Of a DNA stretch of 64,000 bases, positions 12,053-27,693 are shown one piece after another. Within the stretch, counting starts at the first letter, position 1. Each line of letters opens with the position of its first letter. The translations under genes and the position numbers were made by a program. Source of the DNA: Vermamoeba vermiformis (taxonomy: Eukaryota); NCBI GenBank assembly GCA_045837725.1, contig JBEWZL010000109.1:124001-188000 (forward strand), in the 5' to 3' direction. Below the pieces are notes generated by a model. That model did no database searches. It saw nothing but the letters and a program-made list of their open reading frames with translations, and was not told where the DNA came from.

Positions 12053-12066
12053 TTTCTTTTTTTTTT
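12053..12066 (+). terminator. Pol III-type oligo-T terminator
   Basis: TTTC followed by a long T-run directly after the tRNA-like 3' end. Confidence 0.65.
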
Positions 12067-12096
12067 GAGCTACTGTACATTTATTTTTGGTGTTAT

Positions 12097-14025
<1,929 letters not shown>

Positions 14026-14133
14026 GTGTTCTGCTGCTGCGGTTGATTGCTGATCTAAATTTCCGTTCAAAACCAAAAACTTGGGAGAAAAAGCGTCGAA
14101 TATTTTATCATTCATCGCATATAATAGAACACA

Positions 14134-16324
14134 ATGGCCTCACGTAAAGAAGTCGATGCGTTAGAAGAAGAAATTCTTAGCTTGACTGATCACGGAGCCA
14201 GTTCAAATAAGGTGCTTAAACCCTTAGTTTAATTGCGGAATTAATAATCAAAAATAATATGAAAATTAATTGATATTAATGCTGTTCGTTATCAGCGAAA
14301 ACAACCAGATGACGACGATATTGACGATAGAAGCAAAAAAAGGCAAAAAACTACCAGCAAGTTTCCGTTGAAAAAGAGAATACCACAAAAGTATGTGCCG
14401 TGCATATTATGCTTGCTAAATATTATTTTGTAATTTTTCAATATTTTTTAAATTGAAATAATTTTGTGGTTGATCCACAACGCAGCGCAGCCTTTGTTAA
14501 ACAATATTATATTATTATAGAGAAGATGAACAAAGCGCAGAAGCGTCAGATAACGATGATTCGATGGACGATGGAGTGCGCAAATTGAGAGACGATCTCT
14601 ACTATGACGATGAAGATCAACGAGAGTGAGTGATAGCAGCAATATAACTATTACGACTACATTATATACGAGTGCTAATATGCTGCAGATTGATGGCCCT
14701 ACCCGAAACAGAGCGTGAAGCAATTCTCTTCGAACGTTCAGAACAGCTCGCCCAGCAACGCGAACGCAGCAGAATTTTGGGCAAAAAACAGAGCGAGAAC
14801 CGCAGTAAGTGTCGCTGTCATTAATGTGACACGTGTCAAACAATGACTCACGCCATACAGATGAGAACAAGACCCGTGCCGCGAAGGTGAGCAAGAAAGG
14901 TGACAAAGAGAAGCGCACAGCCCTCGACGACATTGTGGCACGTCGCGAGAAGAAAGTCATGTCGCGTCGCTCAGAGGAGTACCGCGCTGACTCTGACGAC
15001 GAAGACGAGTCCGAGCAAGACGAGGAGTACTACGACGACTCAGCGGCCAGAGCGCGGCGCAAGAGTCAACAAGAGCCTCAAACACCTCGCGTGCCACAGA
15101 CCCCTGCTGTTGCTCAACCTTCAGTGCCACCCAAATTGACACTCAGTGACGTCGCAGGTGCTGTCATCACGCGTGCCAAGCTCGGCAAGTGGCTCGGTCA
15201 GCCCTGGTGGCCGCAAGTTGTCAATCTCTATGTGCGCGCTGGTCTCGGAGCAGATCCGCTCACTGGTCAGAATGTGTATCGCATGGCTCAGATTGTCGAT
15301 GCGTACCCTGGTGTGAAACAATACAATCTCGATGGCATTGAGACGAAGATGGTCCTCAAGTGCAGCATTGGCAACAGCGAGCGAGACTTGCGCATTGAAC
15401 ACGTGTCCAACCAGCCAATCACAGAAGAGGAGTTGCAGCAGTGGATGAAATTGATGGTGCGCGCTGGTGCTCACATTCCCAGCAAAAAAGAGTTTGAACG
15501 ACTCAAGAAGCGCAAAGACGAGGCGGAGAACTACGTGTGGACCAACAACGAGATCGAAAAGCAGGCTGAACTCATTCGCAAACAGAAATTCATCAACATA
15601 CCGCGTGAACGAGTGAAGATTTTGGCTGAGCTTGAAACAGCTGAAGCAGAACAGTACGTGATGAGTTATTCACGATAGCATGTGGGTATTTAATATTAAT
15701 GTCATTGTTGCAGAGATGAAAAGAGGATTGCAGATTTGAAGAAACGGCTCGAGGACTTGGACCACTCCGAGACGGTCATGGCCGAGATGAACAAGAAGGC
15801 AGGCAAACCTGATTTGTCCAAGCTGAATCAGAAGAACAAATCCATCAACATTGTCTCTGAGGGACTTGTAAGTCAATGCACCGCTCTGCCCGTGATCTGT
15901 TCTAACGCTTTCTGTCACATCAGAAAGCCACAGTGCGTGCCAACATTGATCTCGACAACGATCCGTTCTCTCGTCGTCCCACAGTGCCGCAGTACGGCTG
16001 GTTGTCGGGCAAGAAGAAGGACGAGAATGACGCAGAGACCAAGGACGGGGGTGATAAGAAATCGCACGTCAATGGCGAGGCACGTTTTGAGAACCCTGGC
16101 GACGATCTGGTTGACTTGTCGTCGCTCGATATTGATGTAAATAATCCCACCACACGCAGATCGAGCTCGCGCTATATCGATGACCCGCTGTGTAAGTATA
16201 GTACACGAATTCTGCTCTTGTAACGTTAGTAGTATCTTACTCATTGCTTCCAGTGAAAAAATTCGATAACGGCTTGAAGACCATTACATACGAAGAATAC
16301 AAGAAGCGACGCGAGAACCTTTAA
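14134..16324 (+). CDS. RTF1: PAF1 complex-associated Plus3-domain protein Rtf1
   Basis: REAILFER motif, Plus3 domain (ITRAKLGKW...YVRAGLG...YRMAQI...VSNQPITEEE), DPFSRRPT, terminal YEEYKKRR. Confidence 0.92.
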
Positions 16325-16397
16325 AACTAGCAACTGATGTGCGAGAATAAAGTACATTTATTTACAGCGTTGATTGGCGTATTTACAAGTGGTAGTG

Positions 16398-18125
16398 TTA
16401 TTTGTAGAATTTGTGCACAGCCCAGTTGAGTGGCGCTGTCAGTCGCGAGAACAGACCACCGGACGAGGGTGCTGCAACAACACTGTGATCGTCTTCGTGT
16501 TGTGCGGGGGTTTCTTGTCCTGGCGCTGGACCTGCATCGAGTGAGTGGCGCGGAGAGTCGTCTTTCTCTTCACTAGGCGCAGTCACAGTCTCAGCAGGGG
16601 GCAGGGAAGAATCATCGCGTGACATGCGCCACGGCAACATGTTCGGAGCTGAACGAATAAACGAGGCTGCACGACGCACTTCATCGCGTGTCCACGTCAA
16701 CAGAGACTTTGGCGCGTGAATGGGATGGAAGATGCGGAACAAGAAGTGCACTGCATGTCGGGACCAGCGGCCAGAAGGAAAGAGCTGATCGAGCGCGTGC
16801 TTGGCTTGTTGCCGCACTGCGCGTGTTGGGTACATCGGACTGCCCGGCGTGGCGTAGTCGAGCAACACGACTTCGAGTCGCGCACGTGTCTTTTGTCCTG
16901 GCACTTCACCTATCGACGAGCAGTGCTCTGTTTGACGTTAGTTCATGTCCACTCTTTGACACGTGTCACATCACGTACCGAGATATTGCACCAATGCGCT
17001 CTCGCTCTTCATCAGCCGCAAGTGTCGCACGAGTTCATTCACGAACATATTGATCGTGTTGATCTTCGTGTGCGAGGGCGGCAGTTTGAGTTCGCTGACA
17101 TGTGCCTCGAAGTGGCGCTGCATGGTGATCAGAAATTCGTGCAAAGAATCCACGCGATCGTAATAGAAGTAGAACTTGGACACGAGATCAAACAACTCCA
17201 GCGCGACACTGGTCATGCTCGTCGTCCAGCGCGCGTCATTCAACAGCAGTGCTTTCAAGTACTGTCAGCGGTGATTAATAGAGAGCTATATTAGAGACGT
17301 GTCAGCGCTGAGGACCTACCAAATAAATGGCGTAGAACCGCTTCGTGGAGCTCTCCAAATCGAGCCAAAACAACTTGTTGGCGCCTTTAATAAACACATT
17401 CAATCGCTTCAGTGTGTCTGGCGTGTCATTCACTGGCAAAAATAACTGCAAAGAATTCGGGTGGTTAGTTCCGCCGTAGATCGACATGTCATGCGCTTGA
17501 CACGCGTGCAATACGTACCCAGCGGTGCACAAGACTCGTAAATATGACTTGAAAGTGAATGTTGCCCCACAACGGCGCTCCTGCTCCTTGCAACAGATCT
17601 TCGATTTTATCCGAATGTTCTTCGTAATACGACGATAAAATCAAATAGTAACGTTGTGGTATTTCTAAAGTAATGTCTTCTTTCCTTAATTTATCTAACA
17701 CGCAGCAGATCTCGATTAATTTTAATTGAATTATTTGATTAATTTTCTACTTGCCTTTGACAACCTCTTCAACCTTAAAAGACAGCTCATAAAATAAATT
17801 CTTCAATACTTCATCACGTTGCGAGCCTTCTTCTTTGCTGCCAGCAATCAGGGTCTCCACGATCTTGTTGTGGAGACGAAGTTGAAAAAGCTCATCTACG
17901 CGTCACGTAAGCTACGTTATTCTGAAATAATTATATAGTAAACTTACACTTAGACGAGGGAGCGTTTCTAATACTTGTAGGCGATGACTGTTGCGCGTTC
18001 TCTTCGATGTGAGAAATCTGATTCGCAAACAGTGTCGATTTGGCTACATCACCAGCAGCCAATACGGGAGGTATGCTGTTTGAATATTCCGCACTGGGCT
18101 CATCCTTGAGGATGTCTGTGTCCAT
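16398..18125 (-). CDS. Uncharacterised helical protein, multi-exon
   Basis: Spliceable exons; C-terminal PTRAVRQQAKHALDQLFPSGRWSRHAVHFLFRIFHP recalls an uncharacterised plant/protist family. Confidence 0.6.
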
Positions 18126-18715
18126 ATGCGACGTGTGGTAATCAATGAGCAAGCGAAAAGATTAATGCTGAAAATTGCACGAAAAGAGACGTTAATTGCA
18201 CGACTGCAAATGCTGTCGAGGCAATAAGATGAGATGTATGATTGAATAACACGTAATTGAATGTGAATGGCGGCAGAGAATCTTTGTTGAATCAATTTAC
18301 GAAATTGAATTGATCCACAATTTGCCGGATCGACATGACGAGTCAAATAAGTACATAATTGAACGTTCCATATATATGCGCAATCATGTCTATAGACCAC
18401 GAAATGTTCCGCTCGTGCTGTGGGAAACAATAAATTGCGGATCCCGCAATCTCTTCAAATTACAGTGCGTTTAATTGTGCCTCAATCAGAAGATCTTGCT
18501 GATTAAATTTGGTGAATTTTCCTTATTTGGCAATGAGCTACGAATCTCTTGCAATGCGGCAACATTTGGAAACAGAAATTGAATGGTCTTAGTGCTGCCA
18601 GATCCAAGTCACGTGGGGTCAGTGCTGCAACACACCATGTGACACGTGTCACTCCCCGTCCTGCGAGCATGTGAACAATAAATTAAACACGATTTAATAA
18701 CAATAAACAAAGAGA

Positions 18716-19867
18716 TTAGAACAGAATGTCCTCGTCAGGAGCAGCCACTTGCGTCAAGTCGCGCACTTGTTGCGGTGCCTTGCCCTGTTCTTTCAACTTC
18801 TGACTCGCCTCCAACTCGTCCATGTCGCGCTTCTTCTTGCCCTGCACTTTCTTCAAGCGGAAAAAGTCCTCACGCTCTGCACGCACGGTCAGTCAATTGC
18901 AATGGAAGTATCACAGTGGTAGTGCTAGTATTGGAGTCTGTACTCACCCATCTCATCGAGTTCAGCGACAATGTAGTTGATGGTGTTCTGCAGCTGCGGC
19001 TTGACGACGTACTCGATGGCATTCACACGGCGATTGGTCACTTTGATCACCTCGTCCAGCGTCACGAAAGTGGTCTGCAGCGAGGCGAGGGCGATGAGTG
19101 CTTCGAGTGCCTTCATGTAGATCTCACGACTCTTGGCGATCTTTTGACCACCCTTGCCGAGACCTGTCAAGCGGTGAGACTAGTGGCCCGTGACTATGCA
19201 AGGCGAGGACTGTACCTGTCAAGTCTTGGCTCGCATTGCTCTTCTCGTTCACGTGTTCAAACACGGGCAATTGTACACCGACGACGTTCTCAGTGCTGAG
19301 TTTGAGCTTGAATGAAGCCTTATCTACATTTTCAATCACAGTGTCGCTGCAGTGCGGTCAGATCCGATCAGACGTTAATAGAGCTGGGGACTTACGGCAT
19401 GTTTTCACCTGCTGCGTAACGAGCAGTGGCCAATGAAAAATAAGCGTCCTTCATCAAGGGACCAAGAGCCTCTTTTTTCTATTGAATATAATCGCGTAGT
19501 TAAGTAAATAGAAATTAATTAGCCGGATCGAAATTATAATATTCGTTAGTATTGATATTCGTCAGCAATAAATTATCATATCATGCGTAAAATAATTCAA
19601 TGCAATTATCCAAATTATTTCTGTTAATATTGGGCAATTACCTCTTTAATTTTGTTTAAAATTGATCTAAAACGCAAACTGAGTGCATCAGCTTTTTTCT
19701 TCAAAAGACTGTGACCACGAACGGCAGCAGTATATCTCTGTTTGAGAGATTGCAAGGCCCTATATAGGAGAATATTACAGTTAACGTTGATTCGGGATGT
19801 CACCACAATAACGGTGCTGCGCTTACATTCGCGTCGGCACAACGTTCAAGCGGTCCCTAGTTGACAT
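18716..19867 (-). CDS. ATP6V1D: V-type proton ATPase subunit D
   Basis: VVPTRM, GHSLLKKKADAL, ENVVGVQLPVF, LTGLGKGGQ, LASLQT, TNRRVNAIEY, ELDEMEREDFFRLKKVQ. Confidence 0.97.
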
Positions 19868-20329
19868 TGTGTGTTATTGTGTGTAACTCGCAACGAGAAA
19901 GACAGCAGCTGCTCAAATACTGGGTTATTTTCCGATCCAAGAAAACGACCAAGAAAAATCAAGCTAAGAAGCTGCGAACGAAATTGACAGTAAACAAGTG
20001 GAATATAGCCGATTATGCCATGGCGTTGTTTAGTGCATTTCGTGCAGCCGAGTCAAATGTCTATGCAGCTGAAGTTGTGGATTAGTAGTGCCTTTCTTTC
20101 AAAGCATCATCCTATCGATCCGTCAATAGCAGCATACTAAAAGAGTACAATTCTATAGAATTGATACAATCCTGCTCAGTACAAAAACAGTTAACCCGCT
20201 CTTACTAGTCAAAAATATTGTTTGCCGCCCAATTACAATTATTTCAACAGTAACTCATTGAACACATTCAAGTTGTGTTTAATAGTTGTATTTTTTTGTA
20301 TTATAGTCATTTGTATTCATATATTAGCG

Positions 20330-21568
20330 ATGGAGCTAAATACAAAATCAGATGCCCCTCCCAGCACTTATTTACCCTCACATTTGTTCCCTAACTCGGT
20401 AAATATTTTTGGCAATATGCGTACCATTATTAAAAGTTGAATTAGTCTCAAAATTATTTTTACAAGCCGAACTGCGAATTAGATCCAACTTTTATTTTAA
20501 TGACACTTTTTATCAGGCCCCAAAGGGCATGCCAGTGACTAGACCAGCTACATATGACCCTATTAACACGGAGTTCATCGACACTTACAACGGCAATCTC
20601 TACGGCAAGTACGGCGAGGACGCAGATCGCAGTTTCTCCACTGGGTACGTCATAGCTGCGCTGTCATAACAATACTGACTGCCATCATAGCTCGCCCATG
20701 GATAGGCGCGGCGATACTAAGAAAGGTGCACCAGTCCAATCACAAGCACCGCCGACTCAGTCCATCTACGATCTGATCGGTGAACCCAACACGAGCGTGA
20801 ATGAGGTGCGTTATTCTAGCGTATTCATCGAATACATCTGAATAACAGCTGATATATATGCACGTAGTCAATACAATTAGGGCCCACTACACCGCCACAA
20901 ACACCGTTCAGACTGACTGCACTCACATCTGCCTCTTCAACACAGCGGTGAGTACAAATACTTGCAATAGTAGTGCCATTACTAAATAAGGCAACAGCTC
21001 GGTCGATGCCAGCGATCAATTCACGCCAGCAGCCCCGCGCATTGAAGTGCATGATCGTTGGATCACAGTGTTTGGCTTCAATCCCACCGCCATCCCCGCC
21101 ATACTGCAACAGTTCCAGTCCTATGGCGAGGTGATTAAAGTGCGTCACGGTCCGACCAATGCCAACTGGATCCACTTGCAGTACCGCACCAAGTTACAGG
21201 CCCTCAAAGCCCTCGAGAAGAATGGTCGCACATTGAACGGCACATTGATGATTGGTGTCGTGCCCTGCACTGACAAGGTGAGTGGCGATATCACCTGCTG
21301 ACTGGACATATGACCCAACGCTGACTAACACGCCACAGCTCGTTATCTCAGGTCAGGGCAGCAGTGTGCCAGAGCCGTCAGTCCGACTCATGACTGGACC
21401 ACAGAAATTCCGCGCAGCATCGAGGTGAGTGCTGATTGGTCGCTATTTTTAGCTCAATACTGACACGTTGACAGCGAGTACAGTCTCGACAAGATTGAGC
21501 CAGCCAATGCCCCGCAACCCCGTCGATCATTGTGGTCTAATGTACTGACCTATGTGTTTGGCATATAA
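20330..21568 (+). CDS. NUP35: Nucleoporin Nup35/Nup53
   Basis: YLPSHLF, PPTQSI, RRM with WITVFGF / NWIHLQY / MIGVVPC, C-terminal amphipathic SLWSNVLTYVFGI. Confidence 0.88.
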
Positions 21569-21635
21569 ATAGTGTGAATAGCGAGCTGTTAGTGTCACTG
21601 ATGGAGTATTCAACGTGATTTTATTTTACAACGCG

Positions 21636-24600
21636 TCACTGCGTGATCTGCATGGGAGGTTCACCGCGACGCTGAATGGCCTCGAGCGGTGCATTGCAGA
21701 AGAAACACTGCTTCTTGTTGAGGAGATGCAGCGAGATACAGCGGTAACACGAGCGGTGTTGACACGGCGAGAACTGCGTGTCCATGGTGGCACTGTAACA
21801 GATCGGACACAGCTCACCATCCTCCGCACCATCTGACACTGCATTTGACACTTCTTGTTGCGCACGTGACTGCTTGACACGTGTCTCGATCTCCGTCACG
21901 AGCTGTGCGAACTGTTGCGTGTCATTGCGATGACGCGTGTCAGATGTCAAGTCAGCACAGTGTTGGGACCAGGGGAACGAGCTCAAATAGCGCAGTGTCT
22001 CAGTGCTCAGACCTCCGGTGTTTACGAGCACATTCATGAACGACTGATTGGCGCGTGACATGTGCAATATGATGCCTACGAGTGGGGCTAGTATCTCGAG
22101 TGGATTGACGCGATCAGCACTCGTCACTAGTGCGCGGTCAGTAAGTGACAGACACTGAGTCTCACAGTACTTACAGCCCTTGACCACCGTGTCAAACTTG
22201 AGCGAGTCATGGCCCACGGTGACGCGATTGAGAATGTACACGAGGAGCTCGCACAGTCGTGACTCATTCAATTCACTGAAACTGAGCGGCACTTCTTTGG
22301 CGATGACTTCAAACAACTGAGCGGAGATTAATTGAGATGAGTTGGTCGCTGCTTATTGTCTGTCGAACACTTACACGGAGCAGGGGACACGAGGCCTCGT
22401 ACACCACGACGAACTTGCGCTTCGATTGTTGGGCCTGCGCAGTGTCCATGCGATTGCCGTGCGCGAGTATCTGTGCGCACAATGAGATACTTGCAATTAA
22501 CACAGACTAACATCCACCTACCTCATCAATGGCCACAGTGAGCTCAGAGAGGGCGAGATTGATGTTGTTGAACAGTTTGTTGATGAACTCGCTCACACGC
22601 GCACGATCACTCTCGTACACAGCACTCAATTCGCGCTGCACTGCACTGCTGCTGCACTCGCTCTTGTCCGCGGCCTCGGCAAAGCCACTGCCCTTCCAGA
22701 ACCGCAGCAGCACCGAGGAGATGAGGATCCACGTCTTGTCGTCGAATGAGCCGAGCAGTGACGGGATCAGCACTCGTCGCACTCGCTCATCGCCCTCGAG
22801 CACGCGCACGTGTTGTTTGTACTGCAACAACACGCCCAAGGACTGCAAGAAGTGTTCGCGCACATCGGGCTGAATCACGCGCGGATCTTTGAGCAGTGTC
22901 GTGAACAAATACAGCACGCGCTGCAGTGTCGCGGCGTGTTCGTCATCGCCAAGATTGACGGCCAAGGGTCCGCGGCGCACAATGTGCAGTGTGCGGGCCA
23001 TGGTCTCAGCGTAGAATGAAGGCACCCACGCCAAGAGTGGTCCAGCCTCGTGCGCGTGACAGAGCAGCTGCGACAAATAGGCCAGCACCGCCCACTCACC
23101 GTGCCGCGTGTCGCGCGAGTAGTACCCAGCACGCAAGGTGTGCCAATGCGAGAGACGTGACAGCTGCGACCACTCGTCGAAGAAGACTTGGCGTGCGAGG
23201 TGCAAGTGATTGGCGGTGGTGCTGTCGCTGCTGTGTTGACTGATCTTCTTGTCCAGCTCTTCCAACTGCGCTGTCAACTGCGCGACACGTGCGTGCAGTT
23301 CAGCTGTCTTGCGAAATTTCACTCCAACGCGCAGAGTGAGCAGCCAGGCCCAGTCTTCGAGCAGTTCTACGCGCATGTCGGTCTCTTCAGCGCGCGAGGA
23401 CTGTTCGAGACTCGGATCGACTTTGAAGTGCTCAGACAAATGACTCTCCACACCTCCTAAGCGCGGGAAGTCAAAGTAATTGCGCGTAGAGTGATAGAAC
23501 ATAGTGTAAGGGAACTGTTCGGCGGTCAGTTGTGGATGCGTTCTGTCAAACAGTCGCGCGACGATGAGTGCTAGTGTTTGCATCGCTGCACCACTGGAGA
23601 GACCACTGGGCCTGATCTGCAGAATAGGTCAGCCACACTCTTGCAGCACGCCATATACTCGACTTACATCGCGCAGAGCACCGCTGTTCTTCTTGACCAT
23701 GTCGCGCAGCCACTGCCGCAACACCTCGCGCGGTGAATGCACAGGCACACTGACATTGGTGTTGCTGACACTCTGCTGCAGCTGCGAGGCTGAGAGACTG
23801 GTGGGCTCGGCGTCGGTGAGGAACAGTTCGCAGAGGTGCAGCAAGTAGTTGTGACGGTCTTCAATCGCCTCGCGCACTGCTCTCATCGCCTCGTCCATAC
23901 TCGCGCGCTGTTGTTGCTGCAGGAAGTGCGATCAGGCACCATTTATGATAATTGCATGAAATTCTGAAATCTACCTGGTCTGGAGCATGCACGTAGACTA
24001 TAGTCGGGATCAAGGCGAGCAGATCTGCATTGTTGGGCTGTTTAATTGAAAAGAAGCTCTCCAGCAACTGCGCGAAGCTAAAAATAGAAAGCAGTGAATA
24101 TACCACCGAAACACGGGTATACCGGGCCATCTACATACGAGGGTAGGCGCGAGACGATGTGCATGATGGACCTGAAACTCAGCAACTTTACCGCCAATTT
24201 CAAGTGCGCCGATCCGCTCGTTTGTGCGCCAACAGGTGTTGTCAGCGTCATATCAGCTAAATATACAAATAAATTGGCCAAAAAGGTCTCCAATTCGTGC
24301 ACCTAGTTGAACCGTGAGTATCGTTTGAAGTCAAATTTAGTAAATCTGAAATTACCTCGATCAAGCTCAAGAACAGCTCAATTGTCTTGGCGAACTTGGC
24401 TCGCATGGCAAATAAACTCAACAAGAATGGTGTTATGGACTGTATCACCACTCGCTTGATCGTCAGCAACGGACCCAGATGGGCAAACACGTGCGCGAGC
24501 AAGATTAGCCCTTGATCTGCGCTGATGACATCTTCAGCTTGTGCACGCTGTCATATCTAATTAATAACGTTGTATCATTAAGTCGCGCATCACTACCTTG

Positions 24601-26212
24601 ACTGGCGACGCGAGTTCACCGGTGTCCATCCGTTGTATTAAACGCAGTACACAGCCCAACAAATAATCGCTTTTCTTCACGGCATTGCTACAAAATAATG
24701 TCGTTAGCTATTCTCTCGCATAATACAAAGCTTTTAACGATGCTCACTCGAAATTGCGCAGATCTAATGCTTTGTAGCCCTCGACTGGATGTTGCAGTGG
24801 AGTTTCACCGCCGAAATTGACGCGGCATCGCTCAGAACCACCAATAGACAACGCGGGGAAATACGCGAGTCCTACAAAGGATAATTGACCGGGTTAATAA
24901 GATCCAAATTAAACGTCACGTTGTCAAGAAGAAAATATTATTGTGCAACACCTAAATAGAGATATTTTCACTATGCAATTATAGATCACCAATTTACAAA
25001 CTGAAATTTAAATCTTGTACAAAACTCAAACGGCAGATTCCGTTAAAATTTCGCCTAACAGGCGCACAAATGAGAAAGCACGTGGCATCATTAACTAAAA
25101 ATTAACATAACTAGGTAAATATAGCTGTGACGTACCAGGCTGATGAGTTCTGATGTTCGCGAATGCAACGCCCAATGACTTGCCGTTCCTGTAGTACGTG
25201 ATAGTGCCCTGATCAGCGTCAATGCAACAGCCAATCACATCGCCTAGAGCACATCCAACACGGTTAGTCCAACACGACCACGCTAGGGGTATTGTCTACG
25301 CACCAATCTTCCACTTCTCGCCGTAGTCCCACTCGCGCATGTTCCACTTCTTGATACGTTTGCCATCAAATGCGTAGGAATCGGCTGAGTCACCGACGCC
25401 GTTCTGTGAATACAGTGCGTGTCAGCTTCAAAATGACACGTGTCAACGGCTACTTTGCAACATACCGTGTCAGTGAAGGCGCATTGGGGCGTCGCCCAAC
25501 CCAGCTGTGAAATTCCACTGGTGAGCAGCGTGATTTCGTACTGCCACTGACCCTGGTAGATGCAAACATTGGCGCGAATAGACGCAAAGTTTGACACGCT
25601 TTCAACCTATAATACCGTGAGTGAGGTGCGAGTGCTGTCACTGATCGTACCTGCAAGTGATCGTCGCTGAGCACGAGCAGACCAAAGCTGTGATCGAGAT
25701 CTAATTGCGCGACAGATGGCCCCAAGCGACCAATCACGTGATTGGCGTTGATAACTGAGCCCTGGTTGATCACTGTTGACTCGCTCTTGATTTCTTTGTC
25801 GGAAATTTGACGCGTGTCACTCGTAGTGTCGTACTGTGCAATGCGATGCTGTAGCACGGCACTCAATTGCTTGAATGTGATTGGTCTGTGGCTAGATCAG
25901 TCACGTGCCTCGATTGAATCACGCGCCCAACAAAGGACTTACCCAGGAAATGACAGGTCAAATACATCGCGCAAGACCGCATCAATGTCCTCACTCGGAT
26001 CTGTATCTACTAAATATGCTAGTCCTTGTAGACTTCTCTTTCTTGCTGAATCCTACAACGGAGAAAATGAGCAAAAAACAATTTTGAAAATATTCGTCAT
26101 TTTTTTTATTATTTACGAACTTGTTATATTTAGCCTCCTTATAATACCGATTTACCATTAAAATTATTGTTTCAATTTTAAAAATACTTACAGTTAAGTT
26201 AGACTTGTCCAT
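21636..26212 (-). CDS. RNF123: SPRY + RING E3 ubiquitin ligase RNF123/KPC1/RKP-like
   Basis: SPRY (NFASIRAN...GQWQYE...QLGWAT...YFPALS); RLGG motif; RING CPICY...FSPCQHRSCYRCISLHLLNKKQCFFCN. Confidence 0.92.
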
Positions 26213-26364
26213 TATTACGATCGCATTCTATGTTAATTCGTTTGTTTACCACCGGCAGTTTATTGAAATAGCTGCTCGATGTCTATTATAAAGAATTGAG
26301 TGCTATCAGTGGTGTATAATAACAATTATTGCGACAAGTGAAATCATTCTATCCCAAACAGAAG

Positions 26365-27693
26365 ATGAGCGAACAAACGAGCAGTAATAATAACAATCAG
26401 ACAAATAATAGCAGTAATGTGAATGTCAAGCTATTAGAAGACTATTACGCGAGTCAAAATACTGTAACTCCATACATGAAAGGTTTGGATTTGATAAAAA
26501 AAAGCTTCCTCGCATTAATTAATCCACAATTATTTAGAAAAATATGAAAAAGATGCCAATAAATTCTGGGACACATTCTACAAGCATAACACAACGAGAT
26601 TTTTTAAAGATCGCCATTGGATCGTCAGAGAATTTGAGGATCTGAAAGAAGGAACCGTAAGTACACATCTAGTTATCATCAAGGATTAACGGCCATCAGA
26701 AAACGATACTCGATTGTGGTTGCGGGGTAAGTAGACGAAGAACGGGCGGGATCTCACCAATCGAAATCACTCCGTACAAGTCATAAACCCGGTGTTTGTT
26801 GTATAGGTCGGCAATACTACATTTCCCCTGCTAGAAGAGAATGATAAGCTGTTTATACACGCCATTGACTTCAGTCAGCGTGCGATTAAGTTGTTTAAGG
26901 TATTTCCGGAATCCGTTCTGATTTGGGGGACATTCCCAACTGAATCAACACTAATCTCCGCCCGCAGGACAACCCACAATACAGCGAGACTAAATGCATC
27001 GCTTCAGTGTGCGATATTGTAAATGATTCACTGCCCCAACACGTCCCTGAGAACGGCATTGATGTTGCCATGCTGATCTTTGTCCTGTCAGCAATTGCCC
27101 CGGAGAAAATGACCACAGTCATGCTCAAGATTAAACAGGTATAGCATGATACGATATGATACGCTACAATCAATAGAAGGCGAGTGACAGCTCATTTTGA
27201 TTAAATTCTTCCGAGCCGAATCAATCGCTCACAAAACTTGCGCGCCTGTCAGATTACTTAACGATATTAGAGGTTAAACTAACATTGTTTAACAGGTCCT
27301 AAAGCCTGGAGGTGTTATTTACTTCCGTGACTATGCTGTCGGAGATGAAGCGCAAAGTAGATTCGCTAAGAAAGATCAAATGAAAAAAATAGCTGAAAAC
27401 TTTTATGTGCGCAATGACGGCACGAGATCATATTTCTTCACACGAGGTAATGTCTCGCTTAGAGATTCTAACGCAATTTGCGGCTTCTCCGTTCTTATTT
27501 TGGCAGAAGAACTAAAAATTTATACCCGACAGAATTTATGCAACAACTGGCGCAATCAACGGGCCTCGAATTGATAGTGAATGATTACGTGAATAAGCAA
27601 GTGGAGAATCGGAAGCAAGAGAAAGTAATGGACCGGATTTGGTTACAAGCAACATTCAGAAAACCGCTCGAAGTACCCGCCGAGCAAAAGTAA
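26365..27693 (+). CDS. METTL6: tRNA m3C methyltransferase, METTL6/METTL2/Trm140 family
   Basis: FWDTFY...FFKDRHW...[41 protein letters not shown]. Confidence 0.9.

Noticed and set aside
18150-18700. Possible small gene in the ~550-bp gap
   Set aside because: No spliceable ORF or clear RNA structure found; compatible with promoter plus 3' UTR.
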